Shown here in pieces: positions 1 through 12,400 of a stretch of DNA of 64,000 nucleotides. Where the stretch lies: the NCBI GenBank assembly GCA_014905635.1, contig JABVCE010000004.1, positions 1,674,001 to 1,738,000 of the forward strand, in the 5' to 3' direction. The first letter of the stretch is position 1, and the number at the start of each line of letters is the position of its first letter. The position numbers were made by a program, and so were the translations under genes. The notes under the pieces are model-generated. The model searched no databases and had not been told where the DNA came from. It saw only the letters and a list, made by a program, of their open reading frames with translations. This DNA comes from Scenedesmus sp. PABB004 (Eukaryota).

Positions 1-3000
1 CGCGGCGCGACGGGCCCGCTGGCCGCGGCCGCCGCCGCGCCCGGCGCGGCGCCCGGGCCCGCCGGCACCAGCCGCGCCAGCTTCCTGCTGCACGCCGCCG
101 GCGTCGGCGCCCGCCACCTGCAGGGCGGCGCCGGCCCGCGCGCGCCGCGCGTGCCCGGCGGCAGCTCCGACGAGCCTTCCGGCGCGGGGCGGCTGGTGGT
201 GGTGGTGGAGGGCCTGCAGACCAAGCTGGTCCCGGCGCCGGGGGCGGAGCGGCCGCGCGGGGTCGCGCGCGCGCGCGCCCCGCAGCGCCAGCGGGCGAGC
301 AGGAGGACAGCGAGGATGGCGCGCCGGTGTCATATGAGCTCGCCTGGCAGGCCGCCGAGCCCGCCGCCGCCAAGGATGGCAAGGAGGGCCCGGCGCAGGA
401 CGCGAGCGCGCGCGCGCGCGACGGCCGGCAGGCGGGCGGCCTCGCGGTCGTGGTGCGCGCCGACGGCGGCGCCGGCGGCGCGCCCGCGGCGGCGCTGCGG
501 CTGCGGCTGCGGCCGCGCGGCGCCGCGGCGGCTGCCGCCTCGTCGGCGCTGGCGGCGCTGCAGCAGGTCAACCGGCTGCAGGCGAGCGGCGCGTCCGGCC
601 TCGCGCTGCAGGCGCAGCTGGCGACAGGTGGCAGCAGGCTGGGCCCGGGCGACGGGCCGCAGGCCGCGACCGACGCCGCCGCCGACCCGGCGAGCGCGGT
701 GTGGGGCCTGCTGCGCACGGAGGCGACGGAGCAGGCAGGGCTGCAGGTCAGCCTTGCCGACAGCGGCTCCGCCGGCGGCGTCACGGCTGCGGCAGCGCAG
801 CGGGAGGCCGCGCCGGGCGCCCTGGGCGCGGCGGCTGCGCGCGGCGGCGCGGTGCAGGTCCCGCGCCTGCTGCCGGCCGCGCTGCCGGAGAGCGCGGAGC
901 ACGTGACAATCACCCCAGAGCCGCGCAGCTCGCTCTCAAACCTGGTGGCGCGGTCGGCCGACCTCGGCCGGGTGCGCGGGCGCTGGGGCAGCCCGTGGCG
1001 GCGCTTGCGCGCTCCGGCGCCCTGCTGCTGACAGCGCTGCCGCCGCGCCGCCCGCAGATGCAGCCTGGGCCAGGCGAGGTGCTGCTGGGCGTGCGCGCTG
1101 TGGGCATCAACTTCAGGGACGTGCTCAACGTCCTCGGCATGTACCCGGGCGACCCCGGCGCCCCGGCAGCGACGTCGCGGGCGTCGTGCTGGCGGCAGGT
1201 GCGCCGGCCGCTGCCGGTCCACGGGGGGCCTCGGCGCACCGGGGGAGCCCCAAGGCTCGCCCCCGACGCGCGCTGCGGCCGCGGCCGCCCCCGCCGCAGG
1301 CGCCGGCGCCGCGCACGCGCCCGGTGACGAGGTCTTTGGCCTCGCCCACGGCTGCCTGGGCACGGTCGTGCGGGGCCCGGGCGACACGCTCGTGCCGCTG
1401 CCGCCCTGCCTCAGCTACGAGGAGGCCGCGACCGCGCCCACGGTCTTTGCCACCGTCTCCGCCGCGCTGCACGGCGCGGCGCGCGTGACCGCGGGCGAGC
1501 GCGTGCTGGTGCACGCGGGCGCCGGCGGCGTGGGCCTGGCGGCGCTGCAGCTCGTCCGCAGCTCCGGCGCGACGCCGCTGGCGACCGCGGGCAGCCCCGC
1601 CAAGCGCGTGCTGCTGCGGCGCCTGGGCGTGGCGCACGTGGTGGGGTCGCGCGACACGGCCTGCTACGCCAGCATCGCGTCGGGCGGCGGCGTGGACGTG
1701 GTGCTCAACTCGCTGACGTCGCCCGGCATGGTCGGCGGCGCGCTGGCCGTGCTGCGGCGCGGCGGTCGGTTTGTGGAGATTGGCAAGCGCGACATCTGGG
1801 GCCCCGCCGCGGTCGCGGCGGAGCGCCCGGACGTGAGCTACAGCCTCGTCGCCATCGACTTTGCGCCGCCGCACGTGCTGCGCCGCGAGCTCACGCGCGT
1901 CGCCGCCATGCTCGCGACCGGCGCGCTGCGCCCGCTCCCTGTCTCGAGCTACGCCCTGAGCTCGGTGGTCGCGGCAATGCGGCTGCTTGCGCAGGCCAGC
2001 CACGTCGGCAAGGTGCGGCGCGCAGCTGCGTGCACAGAGCGGGGGTCCGGCGCGGGCACCCCGCCTGCCCCGTGCGCCGCCCCGAGCGCCGCGCCGCCCC
2101 GTCGCAGGTCGTTGTGTCAGCGCCGCCCCCGGGCGTTGCGGCCGGCGGCGCGGTGCCCGGCGGCCGCGCCAAGGCGCGCGTGGCTGTGACCGGCGGCTCA
2201 GGCGGCCTGGGGCTGCTCATGGCGCAGTGGCTGGCCGCCTCGGGTGCAGTGTGCGAGGTGCATCTGCTCAGCCGCAGCGGCCGCCTGCCGCCCGCCGCCG
2301 CGTCCGGCGCGGCCGGGCTGCTCGCCGGCGGCGGCGCCGCCCCCGGCGCGCCCGCGCTTGGCGCCTGGCTGCTTCGCGGCGCGGTCCCCGTGTTGCTGCA
2401 CGCCGCCGACGTGGCCTGCGCGGCCGACGCGCACGCCGCGCTGCGCTGCGGCGGGCGCGGCTTCGACGTGGTGCTGCACGCCGCGGGCGTGCTGTCTGAC
2501 GGCCTGGTCGCGAGCCAGAGCCCCGGCAGCGTGCGCGCGGTCATGGGACCCAAGCTCGGCAGCGCCGCCGGCGGCGTGCTCGCGGCGGCCGCCGCGGCGC
2601 TGCCGCTGCAGCAGCTCGTGCTCTTCAGCAGCGTCGCCAGCGCGGTGGGCGCGGCGGGGCAGGCGAGCTACGTCGCCGCCAACGCCGTGCTCGACGGCTG
2701 GGCCGCCGCGGGGCGGCGGTCCGGCGTCGCCGTGTCGTCGGTGCAGTGGGGTGCGTGGGCGAGCGCGGGCATGGCGTCGGCGGCGGTCAAGGACCGCCTG
2801 CACCGCCTCGGCCAGGGCGTGCTGTCGCCCGAGGCGGGCCTCGCCGCGCTCGCGGCGGTGCTGCGCGGCGCCGCGTGCGCCCGCGGCGGCGCCGGCGTGG
2901 TCGCCGCCAACCCCTGGCGCTGGCGCACCTACCTGTCCGCGCTGCCGGGCGTGCCCGCGGCGTACGCCGAGCAGGCACGCCGCGCGGCGCCCGGCGCGGC

Positions 3001-3021
3001 GGGCGAGCCGCGCGCCAGCGA

Positions 3022-3057
<36 letters not shown>

Positions 3058-3430
3058 CGGCCCCGCCGCTGCGGCGCCCGCCTGGTCGCCCGCGCGCGTG
3101 GCGGGCGAGGTGCAGGCCGCGCTGCGCGAGGTGCTGGGCCGGAAGCTGGAGCCGAGCGAGCCCTTCATGGCCGGCGGCCTGGACAGCCTGGGCGCGGTGG
3201 AGTATACCAACCTCCTCGGCCGCCGCGTCAACCTGCAGCTCCCCAGCACGCTCGTGTGAGTGCGCGCCGAGTGCGCGGCGCAGGCTGCGCTGTCGCCGTT
3301 GCGCCGCCGCCCTGCCCTGCACGCTGCGCCGCCGACGCCGACGAGCTGCGCGCCCCGCGCCCCGCCCACGCAGCTTTGACTACCCGACCCAGGCGTCGCT
3401 GAGCGAGTTCCTGTCCGCCAGGCTCGCGGC
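1..3430 (+). other. PKS module M1 (partial): DH C-terminal part/linker-ER-KR-ACP
   Basis: YELAWQ linker (~330); ER ~1060-2010 ([16 protein letters not shown]); [39 protein letters not shown] at ~3172. Introns 972-1057, 1199-1299, 2013-2107, 3256-3373. Confidence 0.88.
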
Positions 3431-6400
3431 GCGCCAGTCCGCCGCCGCGGCCGAGGCCGGCGGGGGCGGGGCCGCCGCGCGGCCGCGCTGCCGCCGCCGG
3501 CTCGCGCGCCGCGCGCGGCGAGCGGCGTCGTGGCGCCGCCCGAGACGCCCGTCACCATCCAGGCCGCCCTGCTGTGGCCGCTCGCGGTGCCCAGCGGCAA
3601 CGGCGCCGACGCGGCGGGCATCAGCAGCCTCGCTGGCGTGCTGCCGCAGGGCGACCACGTCACGCCCGTCCTGGGCGAGCGCTGGAGCGCCGATGGCGTC
3701 GGCGACGCCGCGCCGCGCTTCGGCGCCTTCCTGGCCGGCGCGGAGCGCTTTGACGCGGCCGCGTTTGGGCTCTCGCCCGCCGAGGCGCTCTCGGCCGACC
3801 CGCAGCACCGCCTGCTGCTTGCGGCAGCGGCGCAGCTGCTCGCTACGCCCGGCGCGTTTGCCGAGGGCCCCAGCAGCGGCGGCGGCGGCGGCGGCGCGCC
3901 GGCGCGGCGCCTGGCCGACACGGCCGTGTTTGTTGGCATCTCCTGGACCGAGTACCAGGCCCTTGCGCGCGCCTGCGGGCAGCCCCTGGGCGCGAGCACC
4001 GCGCAGGGCGCCGTGCTGAGCGTGGCGTGCGGCCGCGTGTCGTACCAGTTTGGGCTGAAGGGCCCCAGCCTCAGCGTCGACACCGCCTGCTCCAGCAGCC
4101 TCGTCGCGACCGCGCTCGCGCGCCAGGCGCTCGCCGGGCGCGGCGGCGGCGGCGGCGGCGCACCACCGCTCGCCGCGTCGTCGGCGCTGGTGGGCGGCAT
4201 CAACATGCTGCTGCTGCCGTCCACGACGGCCATGTTCCAGAAGGCCGGCATGCTCGCGCCCGACGGGCGCTGCAAGGCGCTCGACGCGGCCGCCGACGGC
4301 TACGTGCGCGCCGAGGCGGCGGCGATGGCGCTGCTGGGCGCGGGGCCGTGCGACACCGCGCTGGCGGTGCTCGCGGGCGCGGCGGTCAACCAGGACGGCC
4401 GCAGCAGCGGCCTCACCGCGCCCAACGGCCCCGCGCAGCAGGCCGTGCTGCGCGCTGCGCTGGCGGACGGCGGCCTGGCGCCCGCGGACCTGGCAGGCCT
4501 CTCCATGCACGGCACGGGCACGCCCCTGGGTGCGTGCTGGCTGCAGGGGCGGCGCAGCGGGCCGTGCGCGCCGCCCTACACTGCCCCACGCTGCGCCGCT
4601 GTCTGGCGCCCAGCGCTGCTCGCTCACGCTCCGCCCCGCCGCCGCCCGCTCCCCGCGCAGGCGACCCGATCGAGGTCGGCGCGGCGCTGCAGGTCCACGC
4701 CGGCCGCCCGCTCATCCTGCTGGCTGCCAAGACGCTGGTCGGCCACGCCGAGCCGGCGGCGGGGCTCACCAACGTCATCTTTGCGGCGCACCAGGCGGCC
4801 GCGGCCGCGGCGGTGCCGCTGCTGCACCTGCGCACGCTCAACCCGCACGTCACGTCGGCGGTCGCGAGCACCGGCACGGCGGGGCTGCTGGCGGCGCCAC
4901 GCGGCGCGATGCCGCTGCAGCGCGCCGCCGACGCCGCGGCGGCCGAGGGCGCCGCGCTCGCGCTCGGCGTGTCGGGCTTTGCCTTCCAGGTGAGGCGGGG
5001 CGCGTGCCCTCACTCACTGGGGGGAGGCGGGCCGCAGCGCGACGGCCTCCCCTGCTGAGGCCGGCGCTGGCACTTGGCTCGTCTGCCGCCCCTGACCCTC
5101 GGCCGCCCGGCCGCCACCGCAGGGCACCAACGCGCACGCCATCGTAAGCGCCGCGGCCCCCGCCGGTACCGCGCCCTCGCTGGCGCGCCTCGCGGCGCGC
5201 CGCGGCTGGGACGGAGCCGGCGACGGCGCGCTCGCGTGGTCGGCGCGCCGCGTGTGGGTGCACCCGCCGGCCTGCGGCCTCGTGTCGTCGCTGGTGCGCG
5301 CCGGCCCTTCCTCGGGCGCGCTCTTTGAGCTGCACCTCTCCGCGGCGCACCTGGCACACGTGTGGGAGCACCGCGTCGCGGGCGCGGTGCTGGTGCCGGG
5401 CGTGCTGCTGCTGGAGATGGCCGCCGCCTGCCTGGCGCTCGCTGGTGGCGCCGACGGCACCGTCGCCGGCGCGGCGCTGCCAGCCCTCAGCGGCGTCGCC
5501 ATCCCCGCGCCCTGCCTGCTGCCAGAGCTGGCTGCCGACGGCGGCAGCGCCGGCGCGGGCGTCGTGCTGCGCTGCCTCGTCACGCCGCACAGCGTGCAGG
5601 TCGCCAGCGCAGGCGGCAGCGGCAGCGGCGGCGGCGCGACGCGCCGCCTGCACATGCAGGCGCGGCCCATGGCTCTCGCGCCAAGCAGCGCGGTGCCGGC
5701 GGCGGGCCGCCCCAGCGCGCTCGCGGCACTGCTGCGCTCGCTGCCCGGCCGTGCGGTGGCGGAGCCCCCAGCTCGCTCCGCTGTCGCCACTGTGGCCGCC
5801 AGCGCGACCGCTCTGCCGGGCTGCGTCGGGCCAGCGCAGCTCGACGCCTTGCTGCAGACGGCGGCGGTGCTGCGCGGCGCGCTGGCGCCGCGCCTGGCCG
5901 CGCAGCTGCAGGTGCCCGCGGCTGCCGAGCTGTTCGTCTCGTGCGCGGCGGCCGCCGATGCAGCCAGCGCCCTGCCGCGGCTGGCGGCCGCGGCGGTGCG
6001 GCCCGGCCTGAGCGCGGAGCGCATGGTCGCCGACTTCACCCTCGTCACCGCAGCGGGCGCGCCCGAGGGCGTCTCGGCGCTGTGCCGCATCGTGGGCCTG
6101 CAGGCGCGCCGCGCAAGCGCGGCGGCGCTGGTGGCGGTGCCACCGCTGGCGGCCGCGTCGCCTGCACCGCGTGGCGAGGTGGCGGGCGAGGAGCAGGAGG
6201 AGGAGGACCTTCACGCTCAGTCGATGGTGTTTGAGGCAGTGCGCCTGGCCGACACACCCGCGGCGGCCGACGCCCCGGGCGCCGCCGCCTGCCGGCTGAC
6301 CCTGCGCGGCGCGGGCGGCCTCGCCACGGCCGCGACCGGCCTGGCGGTGGCGCAGCAGGCGGCAGCGCTGCGTGCGGCCGGCCTGCAGCTGAGCGCGCCG

Positions 6401-9400
6401 CTCGGCGCCGCGGACGCTGCTGGGTTCACCGGCCTGGCCAAAACGCTCGCGACCGAGGCAGGCATGGCCGTGGCGCTGCACACGGACGCGCGCGCTGGCT
6501 TTCAGCTCGCGGCTGGCCACCAGCGCGCCGCCCAGGGCGGCGCTGAGTTTCTGGACGAGGCATACACCAGGTGCGGGGGCGGGAGCGAGCGTCCACGGGG
6601 GCTGGGACCGCCCCGCGCCGGCCGCACCGCGCTGCCCTTTGCCCTGCTCGCGCCCTGCTGGCCACCGCCGCCCCTGCCGCGCAGCGGCAGCGTGGCACTC
6701 AGGGAGGTGCTGCTTCCGCGCCCGCCCGGCGGCGTGCTGACGGGAGCCTTCCGCTTCGAGCCGCGGCCGCGCGGCGCGCTGAGCAGCCTCGTCCCCGTGA
6801 GCCTGCCGGCGTGCGCGGCAGTGGCGGCGGGCACGGCGTCCTGCCCGCCCGGCCAGGTGCAGCTTGCGGTCCGCGCTGTGGGCATCAACTTCAGGGACGT
6901 GCTCAACGTCCTCGGCATGTACCCGGGCGACCCCGGCGCGCCCGGCAGCGACGTCGCGGGCGTCGTGGTCGCCGACGGCGGCAGCGCCAGCGGCGGCGCG
7001 GGCCTGGCGCCCGGGCAGGCCGTGTTTGGCCTGGCCGTGGGCGCGCTGGGCAGCGCGGTGGCGTGCTCCGCGTCCACGCTGGTGGCCATGCCTCCCTGCC
7101 TCAGCTACGAGGCTGCGGCCAGCATGCCCACGGTCTTCATCACCGCCCAGATGGCGCTGGGCGCCGTCACGGCCGTGACTGCGGGCGAGCGCGTGCTGGT
7201 GCACGCGGGCGCCGGCGGCGTGGGCCTGGCGGCGCTGCAGGTGCTGCGCGGCGCCGGCGCGACGCCGCTGGCGACCGCGGGCAGCCTCGCCAAGCGCGCG
7301 CTGCTGCGGGGCCTGGGCGTGGCGCACGTGGTGGGGTCGCGCGACACGGCCTGCTACGCCAGCATCGCGGCGGGCGGCGGCGTGGACGTGGTGCTCAACT
7401 CGCTGACGTCGCCTGGCATGGTCGGCGGCGCGCTGGCCGTGCTGCGGCGCGGCGGTCGGTTTGTGGAGATTGGCAAGCGCGACATCTGGGGCCCCGCCGC
7501 GGTCGCGGCGGAGCGCCCGGACGTGAGCTACGGCCTGCTGGCCGTTGACTTCCTGCCGGACGGCGTCGTGCACGCGGCGCTGCGGGCCGTGGCGGCGGGC
7601 GTCGCGGCCGGGCAGCTGGCGCCGCTGCCGACCGTGAGCTACGGCCTGGCCGCGGCGGCGGCGGCGCTGCGGCAGATGAGCCAGGCGCGGCACGTGGGCA
7701 AGGTGGTGGTCAGCACCTCCCTGCCCGCGGCGGCGCCCGCGGCCGGCGCGGGCCGCGTGCTGGTCACCGGCGGCCTGGGCGCGCTGGGCGGCCTGGTGGC
7801 TGCCTGGCTGGCAGGCCAGGGCGTGCGGCAGCTGCACCTGCTGGGCCGCAGCGCGTGCCTGCAGGCGGGCGGCAGCGCGCAGCGCCTGTGCGCCGCCGGC
7901 GGCTGCGCCAGCCAGGTGGTGGTGAGCCAGTGCGACGCGGCGGCTGCCGAGGACCTTGCCGCTGCGCTGGACTGCGGCGGCGGGCTGCTGCCCGTCGAGG
8001 TGGTGATCCACGCCGGCGGCGTGCTGGCCGACGCCACGCTGGCGGCGCAGCAGCTGCGCGGCGTGCGCGCGGTGGCGGGCGCCAAGCTGCCCGCCGCGCA
8101 GTGCTTTGCTACGCTGGCGGCGCGGCAGCCCGTGCGCAGCGTGGTGCTGTTCAGCAGCGTCGCGAGCCTGCTGGGCTCGCCCGGGCAGGCCAACTACGCC
8201 GCCGCCAACGCGGGCCTGGACGCGGCCGCGGCGGCCGACCGCGCGCGCGGCCTCGCCACGATTGCCGTGCGCTGGGGCGCCTGGGCAGGTGCGGTGCGGG
8301 CGCCCCCCAGTGTGCGGAACGGTCCACGCGCGGGCCGGCGCAGGGCGGCGGGGCCCGCGGCGCTGCCCGACGGCCTGCGCGCCCGCCGCACCGTCGCACA
8401 GGCGCTGGCATGGCCTCCAGCGAGGCCGTCAAGTCAAGGGTTGCCTCCCTCGGCATGGGCCTCGTCTCCCCCGCCGCCGGCCTGGCCGCGCTCGAGCGAC
8501 TGCTCGCCGCGCCCGCGCCCGTGGTCGCCGACGTCGTGCCGTTCCGGTGGCGCCGCCTGCTGGCGCGCTACCCGCGCGTGCCGGGCCTTCTCGCTGAGAT
8601 GGCCGAGCGCAGCGCAGCGCCGCCGACGCCGGCGGCAGGGCCGACGCCGGCCGCCGCGCGCCCGGCAGCGGCGCTGCGCGTGGCGCGCGGCGCGGCAGCG
8701 CCGACGGTCGACGCCGCGGGCGAGCGCGGGCGCGTGCTCGCGTCGGTGTCGGCGACGATCGAGGGCGTGCTGGGCCGGCCCGTCGCGCCGGACGAGCCGC
8801 TCATGGCGGCGGGGCTGGACAGCCTGGGGAGCGTGGAGCTGCGCAACAGCCTGGAGGGCGCGCTCACGCTGAGCCTGCCGCCCACGCTGGTGCGCCCCGC
8901 GCGCGGCGCGCGCGCTGCGAGCCCGCCGCCGCGCGGCCTCGCTAGCTCACGCCCCCTGCCGCGCCCCGACCCGTCCTGCCCCGGCCTGCCCGCTAGTCCT
9001 TTGACTTTCCCTCGGCGGCTGCAATCGCCGACTACGTGGCAGCGCGGCTGGCCGCGGCGCGGCGCGGCGCCGACGCGCCGCAGCAGTCGCCACCGCCGCC
9101 GGCGGCCGGCGACGCCGACGACGAGGACGCCCTGTGGTGGGGCCTCGGCGACGGGCAGGCCCCGCGCGCTGCGGGCGCGCAGGCGGTGGCGCGCGGCACC
9201 GCGGCCGCGGCTGTCAGGGAGGAGGAGGTCGAGGCGGAGGTGGCGGCCGCGGTCGCTGGCATCCTGGGCCGGCCCGTGGAGCGCGGCGCACCGCTCATGG
9301 CGTCCGGCCTCGACTCGCTCGCAAGCGTGGAGCTGCACAACGTCCTCACGGTGCGCTGACGCTCTGCGCGGGACGCGCGCGCGCCGCCGGCCCGGCGCAT

Positions 9401-12400
9401 CCTGTGCTCCCGCTCACCGTGCGTCGCCGCCGTGCGTCGCCGCCGCAGGCGCGCTTTGCGCTGCCGCTGCCGCCCACGCTCGCGCTGGACTTTCCCTCGG
9501 TCTCCGCGCTCGCGCGCCACATCCACGCCCAGCTTGCCGGCGCAGAGGCCGCCGCGGCCGGCACCGCAGCACGCGGGCCCGTGCTTGCGCTCGCGGCGCC
9601 GCACACGCGCGGCGCCGGCGCGGCGGTGGTGGGCATGGCGATGCGCCTGCCCGGCCCGCCGGGCGCCGGTCGGGGCGGCTGGGCTCCCGCGCTGCTGGCG
9701 GGCGTTGACGCGGTGCAGGCCGCGCCCCTCGACCGGTGCGCGCGCAATGCTGCGCCGCCTGGCCCCCTCCCCGCGCGGCGCGCCCACGCCCTCACGCCCC
9801 CGCCCGCCTGCCGGGGGCGCGCAGGTGGTCGCCCGAGGCGGCGCACGCCCGGCTCTCGCCCGGCGCCGCGCCACCGCGCTTCGGTGCGTTCCTGCCGGGC
9901 GCGGCCGCCTTTGACGCGGCCGCGTTCAGCCTGTCCCAGGCTGAGGCGGGGCTCATGGACCCGCAGCAGGTCGAAGGGCGCCTGCAGGCGCTGCGCCCGC
10001 CGGCGCGCCGGCGCCGGCGCCGAGCGGCACGGCCGCCCGCTGACGCCGCCCGCCGCCCACCTCGCGCCGCGCGCCGATTCCTGCCCGCCGCGCAGCGCCT
10101 GCTCCTGGAGCTGTACCACGAGGCGGCGGCCGGCACGGCCGGCGCGGCGCCCCGCAGTGGCGGCGGCGGGGCGACCGGCGTAACCGGCGTGTACGTTGGC
10201 ATATCTGCTGTGGACTTCAACAAGCTCGCCGCCCGGCTGCGCCTCCCGCTCAGCCCCTACAGCGCCACCGGCAGCCTCAGCCTCAGCGTCGCCGCGGGGC
10301 GGCTGTCCTACACCTTTGGCCTGTCCGGGCCGGCGCTGGCGATCGACACCGCCTGCTCCAGCAGCCTCGTCGCGGCGCACGCGGCGCTGGCGGGCCTCGC
10401 GCTGGGGCACTGCACCGCGGCGGCGGCGGGCGGCGCCAACCTCACGCTCGTTCCCGACACGCCGGCGGCCTTCCAGAAGGCTGGCATGCTCTCGCCCGAG
10501 GGCCGCTGCAAGACGCTCGACGCGGCCGCCGACGGCTACGTGCGCGCCGAGGCGGTCGGGCTGCTGCTGCTGGAGGCCTGGGCCGGCACGGCAGCCGCCG
10601 ACGGCGCGCCCGCAACGCAGCCGCTGGGCCTGCTGGCGGGCAGCGCGGTCAACCAGGACGGCCGCTCGTCGGCGCTGACGGCGCCCAACGGCCCCGCGCA
10701 GCAGGCCGTGCTGCGCGCTGCGCTGGCGGACGGTGGCCTGGCGCCCGCGGACCTGGCAGGCCTCTCCATGCACGGCACGGGCACGCCGCTGGGTGCGTGC
10801 GTGCTGCAGAGGCGGCGCAGTGGGCCGTGCGCGCTGCCCCACACTGCCCCACGCTGCGCCTCTGTCTGGCGCCAAGCACTGCTCGCTCACGCGCCGCCCC
10901 GCTCCCCGCGCAGGCGACCCGATTGAGGTCGGCGCGGCGGCCGAGGTGTTTGCCAGCACAGCCCGCCCCGCCGGCCAGCCGCTGGTGCTCGCCAGCAGCA
11001 AGGCCACGCACGGCCACAGTGAGCGGCGGGTTTGGCCTGAGCTGCATGCGCACGCGCGTCGACCCGCGCCTGTGCCAGCGCGGCGCGCCCACCGCCGTCG
11101 CCCGCCGCCGCCGCCCGCAGGCGAGCCCGCCGCGGGCGTAGTCGGCATTGCCCACGCGCTCGCAGCGGCGCGGCACGCCGCCCGGCCGCCCATCATGCAC
11201 CTGCGCACGCTCAACCACATGGTTGCTGGCATCCTCCGCTCGGCAGCCGTCGCGTCGCCGCCCGGCGCGCGGCGCGTGCTCGCCGCTTCGCGCCAGGCGG
11301 CGCCCGCGGCGGCCGCCGAGGCCGACGCCGCGGCGCGCATTGGCGTCAGTGCGTTTGCGTTTCAGGTGGGGCCGGCGCGCGCGACAGCGCGAGCCGCGCG
11401 CGCCGCCCAACGCTGCGGCGTCCGCACAGCCGGCAGGCCGCTGGGACCGGGCGTGCCGACGGCAGCCTCACCGTGCAGCTCACACCACCGCCGCCGCGGG
11501 GCCTCGCTCCCAGGGCACAAACGCGCACGTCATCATCCTGGCACGCCCCGCGGCCCAGCCGCCTGGGGCGCCCGGTGCCGCGCCGCCCACGCCTTGGCAG
11601 CGCACGCGTCTGTGGCCCCTGCCGCCGGCCAGCCGGCTGCTCGAGCGCGCCACGCGCCCGCGCGCGCCCGGCGCCGCGGCGTTCGAGGTGCGGCTTGGCT
11701 CGCTGGCGTGGCTGTGGGACCACGTCATCGCCGGTTCGGCCGTCTTCCCCGGCGCGGCGTACGTCGAGGTTGCCGCGGCGGCCACGTCCTCCCTGACGGC
11801 CGGCCAGCTCGGCGGCGGGGCCGGCGGCGACGCCCGCCTCGCCCTGGCGGGCGTCTCGATCCCGGCGCCGCTGGTGCTGTCCGCGCCCGGGTGCGGCGAG
11901 CCGCCGACGCTGCTGGCAGAGCTGACGGCGGGCGCGGGGCAGCTGAGCATCACCTCGGCCGGCGCGGACGGCGCGCGGCGGCTGCACTTTTCCTGCACCG
12001 TGGCGGTCGTGCCGGCCGAGAGCCCGCGCGGCGGTCGCGGCCTCGTCGGCCGCGCTGCAGCGCTGCTGGCGCGCCTCGCACGGAGCCGTGCCGGCTCGCC
12101 CCCGGCGGCCGCGCACGCCCGCGCCGTCGCTGCCCTGGCGCCGCCGCACGCGGCCGACGGCCTGCTCCTGCACCCTGCGAGCCTCGACGCCTGCTTGCAG
12201 CTTGGAGCTGTGCCCGCCACGCCTGGCGGCGCAGTGGAGCTGCGCATGCCGGCGGCCATCGAGCTGGTGCTGCTGCCGGCGACCGGCGCGGGCGCGCCGT
12301 GCGGTCCCGCGGCGTCCGAGGCGGGCGGGCGCTGGGCCAGCATGGGCCCCGCCGGCGCCGCCAGCCAGGCACCACCGGCGGGCGCCGTGTGCCTGGACTA

